Translations under genes and position numbers: made by a program
Notes under the pieces: model-generated
The model's input: only the letters and a program-made list of their open reading frames with translations
What the model was told of the DNA's origin: nothing
The model's database searches: none
From: Candidatus Bathyarchaeia archaeon
GTDB lineage: Archaea > Thermoproteota > Bathyarchaeia > Bathyarchaeales > Bathycorpusculaceae
Assembly (NCBI GenBank): GCA_049512935.1
Contig: JBEKWR010000007.1
Coordinates: 32,001-96,000, forward strand
Direction: 5' to 3'
DNA length: 64,000 nucleotides
Shown: in pieces, positions 7,769-19,464 of the stretch
Position numbering within the stretch: position 1 is the first letter of the stretch
Layout: each line of letters starts with the position of its first letter

Positions 7769-8878
7769 TTGAGCAGTCCTGAGGGCTACATGTCCGGAAT
7801 GCTTTTGGAAAAGGAAGAGAAGGCTAGAGAGGTAATCGAGGGGTGCAAGATGGAGAATGGCTTCTACGCCAGCACAAAACGCTATCGCTCCCTATGGCTA
7901 AGAGACCTAGTCTACTCGGAGGATGCACTGCTAAAGCTCGGATACCGAAAGAATGTCGAAAACCACCTATCGGAATTCATAAAGCTGCAGCTCAGGAACG
8001 GTCAAATGCCGACAGTGATCGACTTCAGCCTCAGCAAATTGATTCGTCAAAGGTATCAACCCTGCCCATCCGACACAGAAATCTTGTTTGTCATAGGAAT
8101 GCGCAAACACGCCGAATTCGCAGGCAACCAGTTTTTCAAAGAAAATGAGGAGGCCGTGAAAACATGCATCACATTCATCGAGAGCAAACTGGATGAGCAC
8201 AAGCTTGTCCCGGGCATGGACTGGAGGGATGTGATGCCCAACTACCGAGGGAAGTGCCTTCTTGCGAACCAGATGCTCCTTGTCGACATGTACGAATTGC
8301 TCGGGAACTTAACAGCCGCAAATTTAGTCAAGGAGAATGTAAACAAGTTCTTTTACTCAAAGAACTTGAGCTTCTATCCCGACACCGTTTACTGGGAAGA
8401 CGGCGAACTGAAGCAAGATCACAACTTTGACAGCCTCGGAAACGCGTTAGCCATCCTCAACGGCACCGCTTCGGAAGAAGCCGCCGAGGGCATTCTCAAG
8501 GGTTTTAATGCTGCAAAAACACCCTTCGGTTACAGGAACATCACGCCAGACTACGAATTCAACCGAGCAAAGCTACTGGCAACATGGTATCTTATGTGTC
8601 GCGTAGCGAACGGCGCTTTTCTGAGAAACAAATATGACAGGTATCAGAACTCTGCGATATGGCCGTTTGTCGAGATAAGAGTGATTGATGCGCTAAGAAA
8701 AATGCAAGCCACCAGCGAAGCCGAAGCGGCGATTAACCTGATGATTGAACGAAAGGGTTTCAACGAGTTCTACGATCCAACGACTGGAGCGCCAAGAGGA
8801 AGCGAGGGACAGCTTTGGACAGCCGCAGCTGTGCTTTCGGCAATTGACCGTGAAAGTCTTATACAACAAAAAGCATAG
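7769..8878 (+). CDS. Six-hairpin glycoside hydrolase (amylo-alpha-1,6-glucosidase / GH100-like)
   Basis: YRSLWLRD, MDWRD, FDSLGNALAIL, YQNSAIWPF, FNEFYDP...GSEGQLWTAA motifs. Confidence 0.8.
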   Translation: MSSPEGYMSGMLLEKEEKAREVIEGCKMENGFYASTKRYRSLWLRDLVYSEDALLKLGYRKNVENHLSEFIKLQLRNGQMPTVIDFSLSKLIRQRYQPCPSDTEILFVIGMRKHAEFAGNQFFKENEEAVKTCITFIESKLDEHKLVPGMDWRDVMPNYRGKCLLANQMLLVDMYELLGNLTAANLVKENVNKFFYSKNLSFYPDTVYWEDGELKQDHNFDSLGNALAILNGTASEEAAEGILKGFNAAKTPFGYRNITPDYEFNRAKLLATWYLMCRVANGAFLRNKYDRYQNSAIWPFVEIRVIDALRKMQATSEAEAAINLMIERKGFNEFYDPTTGAPRGSEGQLWTAAAVLSAIDRESLIQQKA

Positions 8879-9252
8879 AGCAGAAAAGCTTACGCAGATT
8901 TGAGGACCTAAAGCATGAACAATTATTCTCAGCTTTCGGGTTAAGTGTTTCATGCTTGGGCTCGCCTGCTTCCGTTATATGCTAAGTCCTTTTGTAAGCC
9001 GTGTTTAAATTGAACTAAATATTTTAAACATATAGCAAAAAATTCTTCCAGAGGTGCTGTGCATGTTGGTTTGCTAAGAACTTTTTTGTGAAATCCAAAC
9101 ATGAGCAACCGAATTTTGGTTAGTTGTTGCTGTTCCGTTCAGACTTGGCGTTTTCAAACCCGAAGGCTCTTTTTTTTATGCTTTTGCAGTGAATTTGGGT
9201 TAGTTTTAAATTCGAACCAAGCAATACTTTTCTCATAAGCGGGCTTAACAGA

Positions 9253-9459
9253 ATGGAAAAAATAGCGGAAGGCATCAGCGACTTCGGCGATTTCAAGGCT
9301 ATTTTGTATAAAACATCGGACGGTCGGCATTTTGTTCGGGTTGAGCCTTTGGACAGGTGCGGAAAACCTCATGTTGAGTGGCTATGCGGAGATGACCATT
9401 TAGAGTGGCTCAGATGCTTAGATCATGAGTCAACAGACAACCAAGAAACGCCCTTTTGA
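9253..9459 (+). CDS. Small hypothetical protein
   Basis: 68-aa ATG ORF in an otherwise empty interval; no family recognised. Confidence 0.4.
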   Translation: MEKIAEGISDFGDFKAILYKTSDGRHFVRVEPLDRCGKPHVEWLCGDDHLEWLRCLDHESTDNQETPF

Positions 9460-9551
9460 TTAAAAAAGCAAGTTTTGGCCCTTGCAAAAAAAGAGAAGAA
9501 ATGCATTGCTGGCGGCAGAAGCGCTGCCAAGCGGCGGTTGCCAGGTTGATT

Positions 9552-11405
9552 CTATTCGGTCATGTAGGTTATGTCGTCCCACGGGTGCCTGTAGAGTCCC
9601 TGCTTGAGACGTTTCTGGTCTAGGAAGTGCGCGGTCATGCCGATTGTTCTGCCCACCACGAAGAGACCGTTAAGGGCCCCCATCTGAACGTACTCGTCGG
9701 CTTCCTGCTTTGGCATCTCGTTCCGGAGCATGTCAACGAAGCAGATTCCGATGCAGCCGTCAACGTTCAGGATGAGGTTGTCTTTCTTCGCAGTCGTGAG
9801 TTTCTCAACCTCAAGGGCGTAGTCAAGAAGCGGCGTGGATTTGAAGTGCTTCTTAGCGTAATCTTTCATGATGGCCACCCGCATGTCAGGGTTGTTAATG
9901 TTCTTTATCAGGTGCCCGATGCCCTGGATGTTTTCGCCCTTCCTCTTCATCTCCTCAACGAACTGGGCGGGGCTTAATCCCCTGTCGTAGGCGTCGGAGA
10001 AACTTTGAGCTGCACCGTCGATGGCGCCTCCGAACCTTGGGCCGATGGTCAGCAAGCCGCTTGCGACTGAGGACATCAGGTCCTTGCCTGCCCTCGCCGC
10101 GACTATGGCGTTGTGAGTGCCCGAAACGGCGGGACCGTGGTCAGCCGTAACCATGATTGCCATCTCGATGAACTTGGTCGCGTACGCTGGAAGCTGGCGC
10201 TTGAACCAAAGGATGCTCAGCACTCCGCCGATTCCTATGTCCTGTTTGAAGACTTCGGATATGGGCATTTTGCCGTAAAGCAGCTCTTCACCGCGGTCGT
10301 CGGATATGGTACAGATGAAGTTGGAGGGTTTTCTGATCAAGCCTTCCTTCAACGCCTTAGCGTAGTCCATGGGAATTCGGGGCACCGGCGGCTCCGGCTT
10401 AGGTTTGATGACGCCTTTTCGAACCAGAGTCTCGTACGTTTCCCTTATTTTCTGGTCATAATCATCGTATGAGTTGGGAACTATCGCGCCAGCCTTCTTA
10501 AGCGCAGCATTCTTCGCGTCAGCGGTTTCCACGTCGCAACCCGCTTTGGCGCCCGCGTGACCGAACTGAACCTCGGTTTTGAAGACCTTCGTGCAGGTTC
10601 CCGTAACCCAAATCACCAGCGGCTTCGTTATCTTCCCGCTTTTAAGCGCCTCGGCGATCTCGTACTCGCTGCTGCCACCAACTTCTCCCAAGCAAACCAA
10701 CATCTTGATTTCGGGGATGCCTTCGAACCTGAGAAGGTGATCCAGCAGGGTTGAGCCTGGGTAAGTGTCTCCGCCGATGGCGATGCCCTCGTACAAGCCG
10801 TCCGTGTTTCGGGAGATGATGTTGTACGCCTCGTTGCTTAAGCCGCCCGATTTAGACACGAAACCCACGGAACCTGGTCTGTGAAGTTTGGACTCAACGA
10901 TGTTTTCAATCGTGCCTCCAGCGTTGCCGATTTTGAAGCAGCCGGCTTTTACTCCTCCTACGGTTGCGGGACCAATTATGACTTTTCCCAAAGCCTTAGC
11001 CTTGGCTGTAAGCAGCTTCATCCGCCGCTCAGGAACTCCTTCGGCGATTATCACGAATGTGCGTATCTGCGGTATGTTTAGTGCCTCTTCGGTTGACGGT
11101 GCAGCGGACCTTAATGACGCAAAGTTTATCATCACGTCAACGTTTGGGTGCATCTGCGCAGCCTTTTCGGTGGTTTTGTAAACGGGTATTAGGATCTCGC
11201 GTTTGCCGAAAAAGAACTTCCCGAAGCTGTCCGAGCCTGTAGGGTTGATTATTGCAGCGACCGACGGCGTCGTGCGTCCAGAAGCATAGTCAAAGTCAAG
11301 CATCCTCTGTGTTGCGGCGACCTGGTTGTTGTAAATGAATGATTGAGTGTTCTTGTCGAAGAGCTCGTTCTTGTTGGTTTTCTTGGCTTGTTCGGTCTTT
11401 GACAT
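9552..11405 (-). CDS. aclA: ATP-citrate lyase large subunit
   Basis: [26 protein letters not shown], phospho-His QFGHAGA, citryl-CoA lyase domain ADHGPAVSG...IGPRFGGA...[13 protein letters not shown]. Confidence 0.95.
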   Translation of the reverse strand: MSKTEQAKKTNKNELFDKNTQSFIYNNQVAATQRMLDFDYASGRTTPSVAAIINPTGSDSFGKFFFGKREILIPVYKTTEKAAQMHPNVDVMINFASLRSAAPSTEEALNIPQIRTFVIIAEGVPERRMKLLTAKAKALGKVIIGPATVGGVKAGCFKIGNAGGTIENIVESKLHRPGSVGFVSKSGGLSNEAYNIISRNTDGLYEGIAIGGDTYPGSTLLDHLLRFEGIPEIKMLVCLGEVGGSSEYEIAEALKSGKITKPLVIWVTGTCTKVFKTEVQFGHAGAKAGCDVETADAKNAALKKAGAIVPNSYDDYDQKIRETYETLVRKGVIKPKPEPPVPRIPMDYAKALKEGLIRKPSNFICTISDDRGEELLYGKMPISEVFKQDIGIGGVLSILWFKRQLPAYATKFIEMAIMVTADHGPAVSGTHNAIVAARAGKDLMSSVASGLLTIGPRFGGAIDGAAQSFSDAYDRGLSPAQFVEEMKRKGENIQGIGHLIKNINNPDMRVAIMKDYAKKHFKSTPLLDYALEVEKLTTAKKDNLILNVDGCIGICFVDMLRNEMPKQEADEYVQMGALNGLFVVGRTIGMTAHFLDQKRLKQGLYRHPWDDITYMTE

Positions 11406-11406
11406 T

Positions 11407-12720
11407 TTACTGTGCTCCCTTCAGCGCCATCGAAACAATCTTGGTCATGTGCGTTTCGGGTCCGTACACTTCGATCGGGACGCCCAATTTCTCGCCAAGC
11501 GCCCTCATCTGACTCAGACCTTCCTGATAGTTGGGTCCGCCTCTGCGCACGTATATCTTAACCTTGTTCTCCTGAAGATTCTTCCGGTACTCTCTTAGCG
11601 CTCTGATTATGCCCTTGAACGTGGACGCGACGTCGGTGAAATTCGCTATTCCTCCGCCTATAAGCAGGAACTTGCCTTTGGGGTTCGCCTTTCTAGTCAT
11701 GAGGTCAAGTATTGTTTTGGCGTAGAGGTACGTGAACTCCTCGCTTGGGTCTCCAGAGTATTCGCCGTAGTTAGCCAACTCGCTCATGAAGCCAAGGTCA
11801 GTGATTGTGTCGGCGTAAATGATTGATGCGCCACCGCCCGCAACCATCGTCCAGACTCTTCCCTCAGGGTTAAGAACGGTCAACTTGAGAGAAGCCCCAG
11901 TCTTGGAGTCCAAGTCCTCGACAAAAGCTTCCTCCTTGCATAAAACCCTGCCGAAAGGAGCGGGAAACTCGATTTCGCCCCATTTTTCGCCGCTCTCAAA
12001 CTCGGCGGTGCTGTCTAACTTGGCTGCGAGATCCAAGGGGATAATCAAATTACCCTTTACTACAAGCGGGTTAATTTCCAAGTAAGTAAAATTGAGGTCA
12101 GCGTAAAACTTGAACAACGCCTCGATGAAGCCAGCGATCAACTTCTTGCGTTCGGCGGGAACTTTTTCGAGGAGTTTCTTCTGAATCTCGGCTGATTTCG
12201 GGAAGGTGCCTATGGGTACTTCCAAGCGAGAAGCTTTACTGTCTACGTCGCCAACGTTTACTCCGCCTTCATGGTGGAACATTATGGCGTCGCCGTCTTT
12301 GGTGGACATTATGGCGAGGTAGCATTCGTCCGCGTCGCTGTGGGGTACCATAGGCTCGATGATGAAGTGTGTTAGCTGCCCCACGGTTCCTTTGTCGCAG
12401 GGCTTTCCGTCGGCGTCGAATTGTCCATGGACGGTTATCGGTTTCTTAGATTTCTGTTCTATCCACGCGACGGCTTGGTTGTAGTCTGCGTCGACAAGGA
12501 TGAGCTTGTTTTTTCCTCTGCGCTTTATCAGTTGGTCAGGCTTAACGACTAACTTCTCAGTGGTCAACCACTTGTATCTGTTAGGCAGCCAAGCCATGTC
12601 GGTGTCTGGATCGACCGAGACGATCTTGTCCGAAACCTCGTACTTCCCTTCAGAGTACTCCTTAAGCAGGCGGGCAAGCATGCGCTTCCCGTCGGCCTCT
12701 CTGATAGCCTTATGAGCCAT
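11407..12720 (-). CDS. aclB: ATP-citrate lyase small subunit
   Basis: [55 protein letters not shown]. Confidence 0.95.
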   Translation of the reverse strand: MAHKAIREADGKRMLARLLKEYSEGKYEVSDKIVSVDPDTDMAWLPNRYKWLTTEKLVVKPDQLIKRRGKNKLILVDADYNQAVAWIEQKSKKPITVHGQFDADGKPCDKGTVGQLTHFIIEPMVPHSDADECYLAIMSTKDGDAIMFHHEGGVNVGDVDSKASRLEVPIGTFPKSAEIQKKLLEKVPAERKKLIAGFIEALFKFYADLNFTYLEINPLVVKGNLIIPLDLAAKLDSTAEFESGEKWGEIEFPAPFGRVLCKEEAFVEDLDSKTGASLKLTVLNPEGRVWTMVAGGGASIIYADTITDLGFMSELANYGEYSGDPSEEFTYLYAKTILDLMTRKANPKGKFLLIGGGIANFTDVASTFKGIIRALREYRKNLQENKVKIYVRRGGPNYQEGLSQMRALGEKLGVPIEVYGPETHMTKIVSMALKGAQ

Positions 12721-12732
12721 CCATATCCTCCT

Positions 12733-13950
12733 TTAGTCAAGCTTCCTCCTGAGCCTTTCTACAACCTCGGCAATAAACTCCTCGGTGTAAACCTGCCTGT
12801 TCTTCGGGTCGGGCGTGGCAACCAGCATCAAATCGCCAGTCATGATGCCGCTTTCAACGGTTTCAAGGGCGGCTTGCTCCAGCTTCTTCGCGAATTCCAC
12901 GACTTCCGGCGTGTTGTCCAGTTCGCCTCTCTTTTTAAGGCAGCCTGTCCAAGCGAATATCAGCGCCATGGAGTTGCTTGAGGTTTTTTCGCCTTTGAGG
13001 TGTTTGTAGTAGTGCTTCTGCACGGTGCCATGGGAGGCTTCAAACTCGTAAAAGCCCTGCGGGCTGACAAGCACGGAAGTCATCATCGCCAAGCTACCGT
13101 ACGCTGAACCGAGCATGTCGCTCATGACGTCGCCGTCGTAGTTTTTGCAAGCCCAGAGCAACCCGCCCTCAGTCTTCATTACCCTGGCAACCGCGTCGTC
13201 GATCAGAGTAAAGAAGTATTCGAGCCCTGCCTGCTTGAATTTGGCAACCCAGTTTTTCTGAAACTCCTGCTCGAATATGATGCGGAACTGCCCGTCGTAA
13301 GTTTTGGAAATCGTGTCTTTTGCGCCGAACCACAAATGAAGCTTCTGATCGTATGCGTACGTGAAGCATGCCTTGGCGAAGCTCTCGATGGACTTGTCGG
13401 TGTTGTGAATGCCCTGAATGACGCCTGGCCCCTTGAAGTCCTGAATGGTACCGCGGAACAGCTCCTTACCCGCCGAGCTTGTGTAGACCAGTTCAGCTTT
13501 GCCTGATTCTGGAACCCGAAACTCGCAGTTCTTGTAAACGTCACCGTACGCGTGCCTTCCGATGTGGATAGGTTTCTTCCAAGACCTGACCGCTGGCGGA
13601 ATGTTCTTGACGAGAATCGGCGCGCGGAAAACGGTCCCGTCCAACGCGGCTCTTATGGTGCCGTTTGGGCTGCTCCATTCTTTCTTGAGGTTGTACTCTT
13701 TAACGCGTTCCTTGTTCGGGGTGATGGTGGCGCATTTCACTCCTACGCCGTGTTTCTTTATGGCTTCTGCCGCTTCGAGAGTTATTTTGTCCTCGGTCTC
13801 GTCTCGCTTCTTTAGCTGCAGGTCATAGTACTCAACGGGCATGTCCAGGTACGGGAGAAGAAGCTGTTCTTTAACCATGTGCCACATGATCCGGGTCATT
13901 TCGTCCCCGTCTATCTCAACGATCGGCGTTTTCACTTTTATCTTGTCCAT
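12733..13950 (-). CDS. icd: NADP-dependent isocitrate dehydrogenase (eukaryote-like type)
   Basis: [50 protein letters not shown]. Alternative GTG start at 13965. Confidence 0.95.
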   Translation of the reverse strand: MDKIKVKTPIVEIDGDEMTRIMWHMVKEQLLLPYLDMPVEYYDLQLKKRDETEDKITLEAAEAIKKHGVGVKCATITPNKERVKEYNLKKEWSSPNGTIRAALDGTVFRAPILVKNIPPAVRSWKKPIHIGRHAYGDVYKNCEFRVPESGKAELVYTSSAGKELFRGTIQDFKGPGVIQGIHNTDKSIESFAKACFTYAYDQKLHLWFGAKDTISKTYDGQFRIIFEQEFQKNWVAKFKQAGLEYFFTLIDDAVARVMKTEGGLLWACKNYDGDVMSDMLGSAYGSLAMMTSVLVSPQGFYEFEASHGTVQKHYYKHLKGEKTSSNSMALIFAWTGCLKKRGELDNTPEVVEFAKKLEQAALETVESGIMTGDLMLVATPDPKNRQVYTEEFIAEVVERLRRKLD

Positions 13951-13961
13951 TTCATTCGCCC

Positions 13962-15893
13962 TCACTTAACTGTGTACGAGAGCAAGCCGCCCTCGTAGAG
14001 AATGTCCTTTTGCCTCTGCGAAAGGCTGTATCCAAGCTCGATTTTCAGGTTCTTGGTCTTGTCCACCAAGATGACTGGCTCGTTGTTCTGCAGTTTCTTC
14101 TTGATGTCTGGAATTTCAATCTCGTCACCCTGATCTATCTTGTCGTAGTCAGCCGCGTTCTTGAACGACAGCGAAATGATGCCGAAGTTTACAAGGTTAG
14201 CCGCGTGGATCCGCTCAACCGACTTGGCGACGATTGCTTTGACGCCGAGATACATTGGGCAAAGTGCGGCGTGCTCTCTGGAGCTTCCTTGACCGTACGA
14301 TTCCCCCGCAACTATGACGGTGGCAAGTCCTTTCTGCTTGTCCGCCATAGCCCTCTTGGGGAACGCTGGGTCAATCGGCTCGAAGACGAATTCGCTGTAC
14401 TTGGGCACGTTGGATCTGTACTTGAGCCTAGCGCCCGCCGGCATTATGTGGTCCGTGGTGATTTTGTCGCCCACCTTTATTCCTACGTGTCCTTTGATGT
14501 TGTCAGGCATCTTGTCGTTGACTGGAGGAGTTCCGATGTTTGGTCCCCTGACCACCTCAACGTTCTTGTCAGCGTCCTTCGGGAAGATGAACATGGAGTC
14601 ATCGACCAGGAACTTCGTTGGCATGCTGACTTTCGGGTAAGCCATGCCTGTCGTTCGGGGGTCAGTGAACTTGCCTGCGATCGCCGACACAGCTGCAACC
14701 TCTGGGCTTACAAGGTAGACCTGAGCATCCGCAGTGCCGCTTCTTCCTTCAAAGTTTCTGTTGCTTGTCCTAAGTGAAACCGCCATTGTTTTTGGGCTTT
14801 GGCTGTTGCCGATGCAGAAACCGCATGCCGCCTCCTGCAATCTGGCACCTGCGCCCAGCAGGTCGCTCAGGTAGCCGTCTCTTGCCGCCATCTGAAGGAC
14901 TTGTCGTGAACCTGGCGCAACTCCGAACGAGACGTCAGGATGGACTTTCTTGCCCTTCATGATTTTGGCTACTGTGGCTATTTCTTTGTACGAAGAGTTA
15001 GTGCATGATCCTACCATCACCTGATCAACCTTTACGTCTTTGAGGTCGCGGACGCGCACAATGTTGCCCGGGCTGTGAGGTGCCGCGGCAAGAGGCTCCA
15101 GCGCGCTGAGATCTAAATCTACAACCCTGTCGTACTCAGCGTCATCATCGGCGCTCAGCTCAACCCAGTCTGCTTCCCTTCCCTGCGCCTTAAGGAACCT
15201 CTTTGTTTCCTCGTCTGACGGAAAAATCGAGGTTGTGACGCCCATTTCAGCGCCCATGTTTGCGATTGTGGCTCTTTCAGGAACCGTAAGGGTCTTCACG
15301 CCGGGTCCAGCGTACTCCATGACGACGTCAACGTTGCCCTTCGTCGAGAAAATCTCCAGCATCTTCAGAACCACGTCTTTAGCGGTTACCCAAGGCTGAA
15401 GGCTGCCCTTCAAGTTTATCTTGTACACTTTTGGGCAATTCAAGTAGAATTCGCCGCCGCCCATAGCTACCGCGACGTCGAGTCCGCCTGCGCCGATGGC
15501 TATCATCCCGATGCCTCCTCCCGTTGTCGTGTGACTGTCGGAGCCTAGAAGGGTCTTTCCAGGCTTGCCGAACCGCTCCAAGTGAACTTGGTGGCATATG
15601 CCGTTTCCAGCTTTTGAGTAAATGATGCCGTACTTGGCGGCTACTGTTTGCAGGTACTTGTGGTCGTCAGCGTTTTCGAAACCGACTTGGACGGTGTTGT
15701 GGTCTACGTAGCTTACGGAAAGCTCGGTTTTCACCTGTTTTAGACCCATAGCCTCGAACTGCAAATACGCCATCGTTCCCGTGGCGTCCTGAGTTAGGGT
15801 TTGGTCGATCCTTATGCCTATTTCTTTTCCAAGGACGTAATCGCCGACTACGAGATGCTTTTCAATTATTTTTCGAGTAAGGGATTTGCCCAT
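13962..15893 (-). CDS. acnA: Aconitate hydratase
   Basis: [61 protein letters not shown]. Start taken at MGKSLT. Confidence 0.92.
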   Translation of the reverse strand: MGKSLTRKIIEKHLVVGDYVLGKEIGIRIDQTLTQDATGTMAYLQFEAMGLKQVKTELSVSYVDHNTVQVGFENADDHKYLQTVAAKYGIIYSKAGNGICHQVHLERFGKPGKTLLGSDSHTTTGGGIGMIAIGAGGLDVAVAMGGGEFYLNCPKVYKINLKGSLQPWVTAKDVVLKMLEIFSTKGNVDVVMEYAGPGVKTLTVPERATIANMGAEMGVTTSIFPSDEETKRFLKAQGREADWVELSADDDAEYDRVVDLDLSALEPLAAAPHSPGNIVRVRDLKDVKVDQVMVGSCTNSSYKEIATVAKIMKGKKVHPDVSFGVAPGSRQVLQMAARDGYLSDLLGAGARLQEAACGFCIGNSQSPKTMAVSLRTSNRNFEGRSGTADAQVYLVSPEVAAVSAIAGKFTDPRTTGMAYPKVSMPTKFLVDDSMFIFPKDADKNVEVVRGPNIGTPPVNDKMPDNIKGHVGIKVGDKITTDHIMPAGARLKYRSNVPKYSEFVFEPIDPAFPKRAMADKQKGLATVIVAGESYGQGSSREHAALCPMYLGVKAIVAKSVERIHAANLVNFGIISLSFKNAADYDKIDQGDEIEIPDIKKKLQNNEPVILVDKTKNLKIELGYSLSQRQKDILYEGGLLSYTVK

Positions 15894-16188
15894 AAGTGTC
15901 TCATCCTTTGGAAAGGTTTGTTTTTCTTTTGTGTATATAAAGGTTGTCAATTTATGGGCGATAAGCATTTTCTCGTTTACTTAAACCGACTTTAATCTAA
16001 ATATTGCGACTCAAAAAAGGATTTAAACCAAAAAATACGCGGGCTTTTCAATACCACGCCCAGATCCGTCTCGAAAGTTTCTTCGACGCCGTTTTAGTGC
16101 ATTACTAATCAGCGGTATCCCACATTGAGGCGTAGCAAAAACTAAATGCTAAGGATGCAATTACTTCAAACATGTTTGGGTGTATTCA

Positions 16189-17367
16189 ATGAAAGTGTTG
16201 CTGAACGACGGAATGGACGAGGAAGGAGTAAAACTATTCGAAAACGCGGGAATAGAAGTAGACAAGCGCAAGCGAGATCCCCAGGCTCTCGTTGAGCAGG
16301 CAGGAGAATTCGACGCCTTAGTCGTGCGGAGCGCCACCAAGATTACAAGAGAGATGATCGAGGCGGGAAGCAGAGGCAAGCTGAAAGTCATCGGCAGAGC
16401 AGGCGTCGGCACCGACAACATAGACGTCAAGTCCGCGACGGAATACGGGGTGATTGTTAAGTCGGCGCCGTTTGGAAACACGAACGCCACGGCAGAACTG
16501 GCACTCGCGTTGATGCTAGATGTTTCAAGGAGGGTTCCTCAGGGGCACTATTCCTTGAAGAGAGGCGTCTGGCGGAAGAAGTGCTTCGAGGGAACGGAAC
16601 TTTCAGGCAAGACCTTGGGAATTATAGGATGCGGACGGATCGGACAGAAACTAAGCGAACTTGTCGTCGGGTTCAGCATGGAAACATTGGGTTACGATCC
16701 GATTGTAAAGTCGAGTTCTAGGATAAAATTCGTGTCAAAAGAAGAAGTTCTGACAAAGGCTGATTACGTCAGCATTCATGTGAGCGGAAACGAAAACGTG
16801 ATCGGGGAAAAAGAGTTGATGATGATGAAGCCGTCGGCGTACTTAGTTAACACCTCTCGAGGGCGCAACGTCGACGCGAAGGCACTGTACAAGGCGCTCA
16901 AGGAAGGCAGGATAGCGGGGGCAGCGCTGGACGTTTTTGAAGACGAACCCGCGCAGGAAGACTCCGAGTTCAAAAGCATGCTGCGCCAGCTGGACAACAT
17001 CGTTTTTACCCCTCATCTGGGAGCGTCCACGGTTGAGGCTCAGAGGAAAACGTCGGTGGAAATGGCGCGGGTCATAATTGATTATCTGTTGCATGGTGAT
17101 TTTTCGAACGCGGTGAACGTGGGCGAAAGCATAGAGTTGGAGCAAAAACCCTTCTATCCCCTGTTTGTTTACCACGCTGACAAGCCGGGCATGTTTGCCA
17201 AGATAGACAAGGTTCTGGCTGATTTCGGCGTAAACATAAGGGAGAATCCGTCTAGGCAAATTGGGGTGGGCTGCGCCATCGCCGTGTACCTTGTGCATCA
17301 GAGAGTTGGGCAAGACGTGATAGACGAGTTGAACAAGCTTGAAGGAGTTATCAGAGCCATAGCATGA
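16189..17367 (+). CDS. serA: D-3-phosphoglycerate dehydrogenase with ACT domain
   Basis: VVRSATK, GRAGVGTDNID, GIIGCGRIG, NTSRG, LDVF, TPHLGAST-EAQ, C-terminal HADKPG ACT domain. Confidence 0.85.
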   Translation: MKVLLNDGMDEEGVKLFENAGIEVDKRKRDPQALVEQAGEFDALVVRSATKITREMIEAGSRGKLKVIGRAGVGTDNIDVKSATEYGVIVKSAPFGNTNATAELALALMLDVSRRVPQGHYSLKRGVWRKKCFEGTELSGKTLGIIGCGRIGQKLSELVVGFSMETLGYDPIVKSSSRIKFVSKEEVLTKADYVSIHVSGNENVIGEKELMMMKPSAYLVNTSRGRNVDAKALYKALKEGRIAGAALDVFEDEPAQEDSEFKSMLRQLDNIVFTPHLGASTVEAQRKTSVEMARVIIDYLLHGDFSNAVNVGESIELEQKPFYPLFVYHADKPGMFAKIDKVLADFGVNIRENPSRQIGVGCAIAVYLVHQRVGQDVIDELNKLEGVIRAIA

Positions 17368-17953
17368 GCGCAACCGACCTTTCTTAACTGGTAAGCAACA
17401 GGGGTAAATGCGGAGGGGGCGGTTATCGCTCCGCACGTTTGCCCTAAAGAACTGTTTAAAATTCTGACATTTTTTGTTGTCGGCTTCAAGATACCACAAA
17501 AGAATATTAACAATTCTGAGAGTAGATTTTGTTAGTTGTCCATAAAACCAGTAACCGTTCTTATGCTTAATTTTAGACTTTGAGTTTGCTGGCTTGGTGG
17601 CGTTAGCCTTGAGTCAGATCAAAATTTTTGTAAAACAAACCTTCGGCAACGTTGATTCAATCATATTCGATGCGGCGTTAACCCTTAACGCCATTGAAAC
17701 TGCGTACAAACTGAAGGAGTACGTAAGCTGAGGCAAGCGGCAAAAATAATGAGTTCACCGCTGGAACGCCGAGAAGTTCCAAACCTCTTCTCTTTTGTTG
17801 GTTATCTTCTTTCAAGTAATTGTTTTAAACTGTGCACGCGATAAATGGCGAATCGCTGAGTTGAAGCGCAAAGTACCTCATAAACTGCAAGATAGAAAAC
17901 TGTTCAAGACCTGATTGCGCCTCTGAGTTGCTAAACATTTTTAAGCAATGTTT

Positions 17954-17973
17954 GATATCGGTATTTCGATATC
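17954..17973. promoter_or_regulatory. Inverted repeat GATATCG-N6-CGATATC, putative PadR operator
   Basis: Perfect 7-bp inverted repeat between the TATA-like TTTTTAAG (about 17938) and the padR start codon. Confidence 0.55.
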
Positions 17974-17988
17974 GATTAGGCGATACGT

Positions 17989-18420
17989 ATGTGGGGTCAC
18001 GAGCACAAATGGAAATATTTCAGAAAAGGAGGACTCAGAATGTGGGTGCTCTCCGTGCTTCAACAGTCACCTAGAAACGGGGCTGAAATAATGGATCAGA
18101 TCGAACTCGCAACACAAGGTTGGTGGAGACCATCCCCAGGCTCAGTCTATCCTACTCTTGAAGAGCTGCAGAAAGAGGGAAACATCAAAAAACTGGAAGA
18201 CGGCAAGTACGAGATCACTGACAGAGGCAAGCAGGAATTCGATTGGCCTTGGGGCGTGCAGAAAAAGCAGCCACACACCATGGAAGAAGTTTTGACGGAG
18301 ATTAATGGTTACGTGTCGTATCTGGAAGACCTCGCTAAAGCCGACAACTCTAAAATTGCCCAGCACTCACAGAGCATAAAGGACTTGCAGTTGAGACTTT
18401 CAAAATTGGGAGAGCCGTGA
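17989..18420 (+). CDS. PadR-family transcriptional regulator
   Basis: GGLRMWVLSVL...NGAEIMDQIE...WRPSPGSVYPTLEEL...YEIT. Confidence 0.92.
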   Translation: MWGHEHKWKYFRKGGLRMWVLSVLQQSPRNGAEIMDQIELATQGWWRPSPGSVYPTLEELQKEGNIKKLEDGKYEITDRGKQEFDWPWGVQKKQPHTMEEVLTEINGYVSYLEDLAKADNSKIAQHSQSIKDLQLRLSKLGEP

Positions 18421-19454
18421 TTCATATGTCTGCAACCCAAGCGGGAACATCCGCGTCATCGCCGATCGTAAAGGTTGAAAAATTTTCAAAAACCTTCGGC
18501 ACCCTGAAAGCCGTTGACGGCATCAGCTTTGAAATTGAAGAGGGCGAAATCTTCGGCTTGCTGGGACCCAACGGAGCGGGGAAAACAACCACTATAAACA
18601 TGCTTACGACCCTGCTTAAGCCGACTTCTGGAAACGCGCAGGTTTGCGGCTACAACATATTCAAGCAGGCAAATGAGGTGCGAAGAAATGTCGGCGTTGT
18701 GCCGCAAGAGTACACAGCCGACGAAGACATGACAGGAATTAACAACATCCTTCTCTGCGCCGACCTCTACGGCATACCCAGAAGCGATTCAAAACCACAC
18801 GCACAAGAACTCCTGAAACTAGTAGAACTTCAAGACGCTGCAAACAAAAAGGTCAGCACATACTCGGGAGGAATGCGCAGGAGGCTTGAGCTCGCCTGTG
18901 GCTTGATCAATTACCCGAAACTACTGTTCTTGGACGAACCGACACTTGGCCTTGACGTTCAAACACGCACCGCAGTTTGGAAATACATAAAAACGCTGAA
19001 AGAGGAGTACCGCATGACGCTTTTGATGACAACTCACTATCTCGAAGAGGCTGACTCACTTTGCGATAGAGTAGCCATAATCGATCACGGGCACATCATA
19101 AAAATTGGCTCGCCTGAAGAGCTGAAGGAAAGCATCGGCGGCGACGTAATTGTTATAGAAGTCAAGGAACAGGAGCCAGACATTTCATCTGTTATCTCCC
19201 AATTAAAGCTGGTAAAGGACGTTAAGAAAAACAATAACGCGTACCGCATAAAAGTGGAGCTAGGGGAGGAAGCCGTGCCACAGATCATTGATGTAATTCG
19301 GTCCAAGGGGCTTCACGTAACGAAAGTCTCGTTGACAAAGCCGACATTGGACGAGGTGTACCTAGAATTAACGGGGCGAACCCTAAGGGAAGAAGAAGTT
19401 GACAAGCTTTCGATGTTCCGTCAACGGGTAACTATGAGGAGAGCAAGATCATAA
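18417..19454 (+). CDS. ABC exporter ATP-binding subunit (DrrA-like)
   Basis: GPNGAGKTT, YSGGMRRRL, LFLDEPTLGLD, TTHYLEEA, PTLDEVYLELTG. Confidence 0.95.
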   Translation: MIHMSATQAGTSASSPIVKVEKFSKTFGTLKAVDGISFEIEEGEIFGLLGPNGAGKTTTINMLTTLLKPTSGNAQVCGYNIFKQANEVRRNVGVVPQEYTADEDMTGINNILLCADLYGIPRSDSKPHAQELLKLVELQDAANKKVSTYSGGMRRRLELACGLINYPKLLFLDEPTLGLDVQTRTAVWKYIKTLKEEYRMTLLMTTHYLEEADSLCDRVAIIDHGHIIKIGSPEELKESIGGDVIVIEVKEQEPDISSVISQLKLVKDVKKNNNAYRIKVELGEEAVPQIIDVIRSKGLHVTKVSLTKPTLDEVYLELTGRTLREEEVDKLSMFRQRVTMRRARS

Positions 19455-19464
19455 AGGTGAGATT

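Noticed and set aside
9552-12720. Claim of autotrophic reverse TCA cycle
   Set aside because: ACL alone is insufficient; the other key enzymes are not in the window.
9627-15995. Long antisense ORFs over aclA/aclB/icd/acn (for example 14010..14777)
   Set aside because: Shadow frames caused by GC-rich codon bias of well-supported genes.
17609-17731. 40-aa TTG ORF MSQIKIFVKQTFGNVDSIIFDAALTLNAIETAYKLKEYVS with GGTGG SD
   Set aside because: It could be a gene relic, but there is no recognisable family or independent support.
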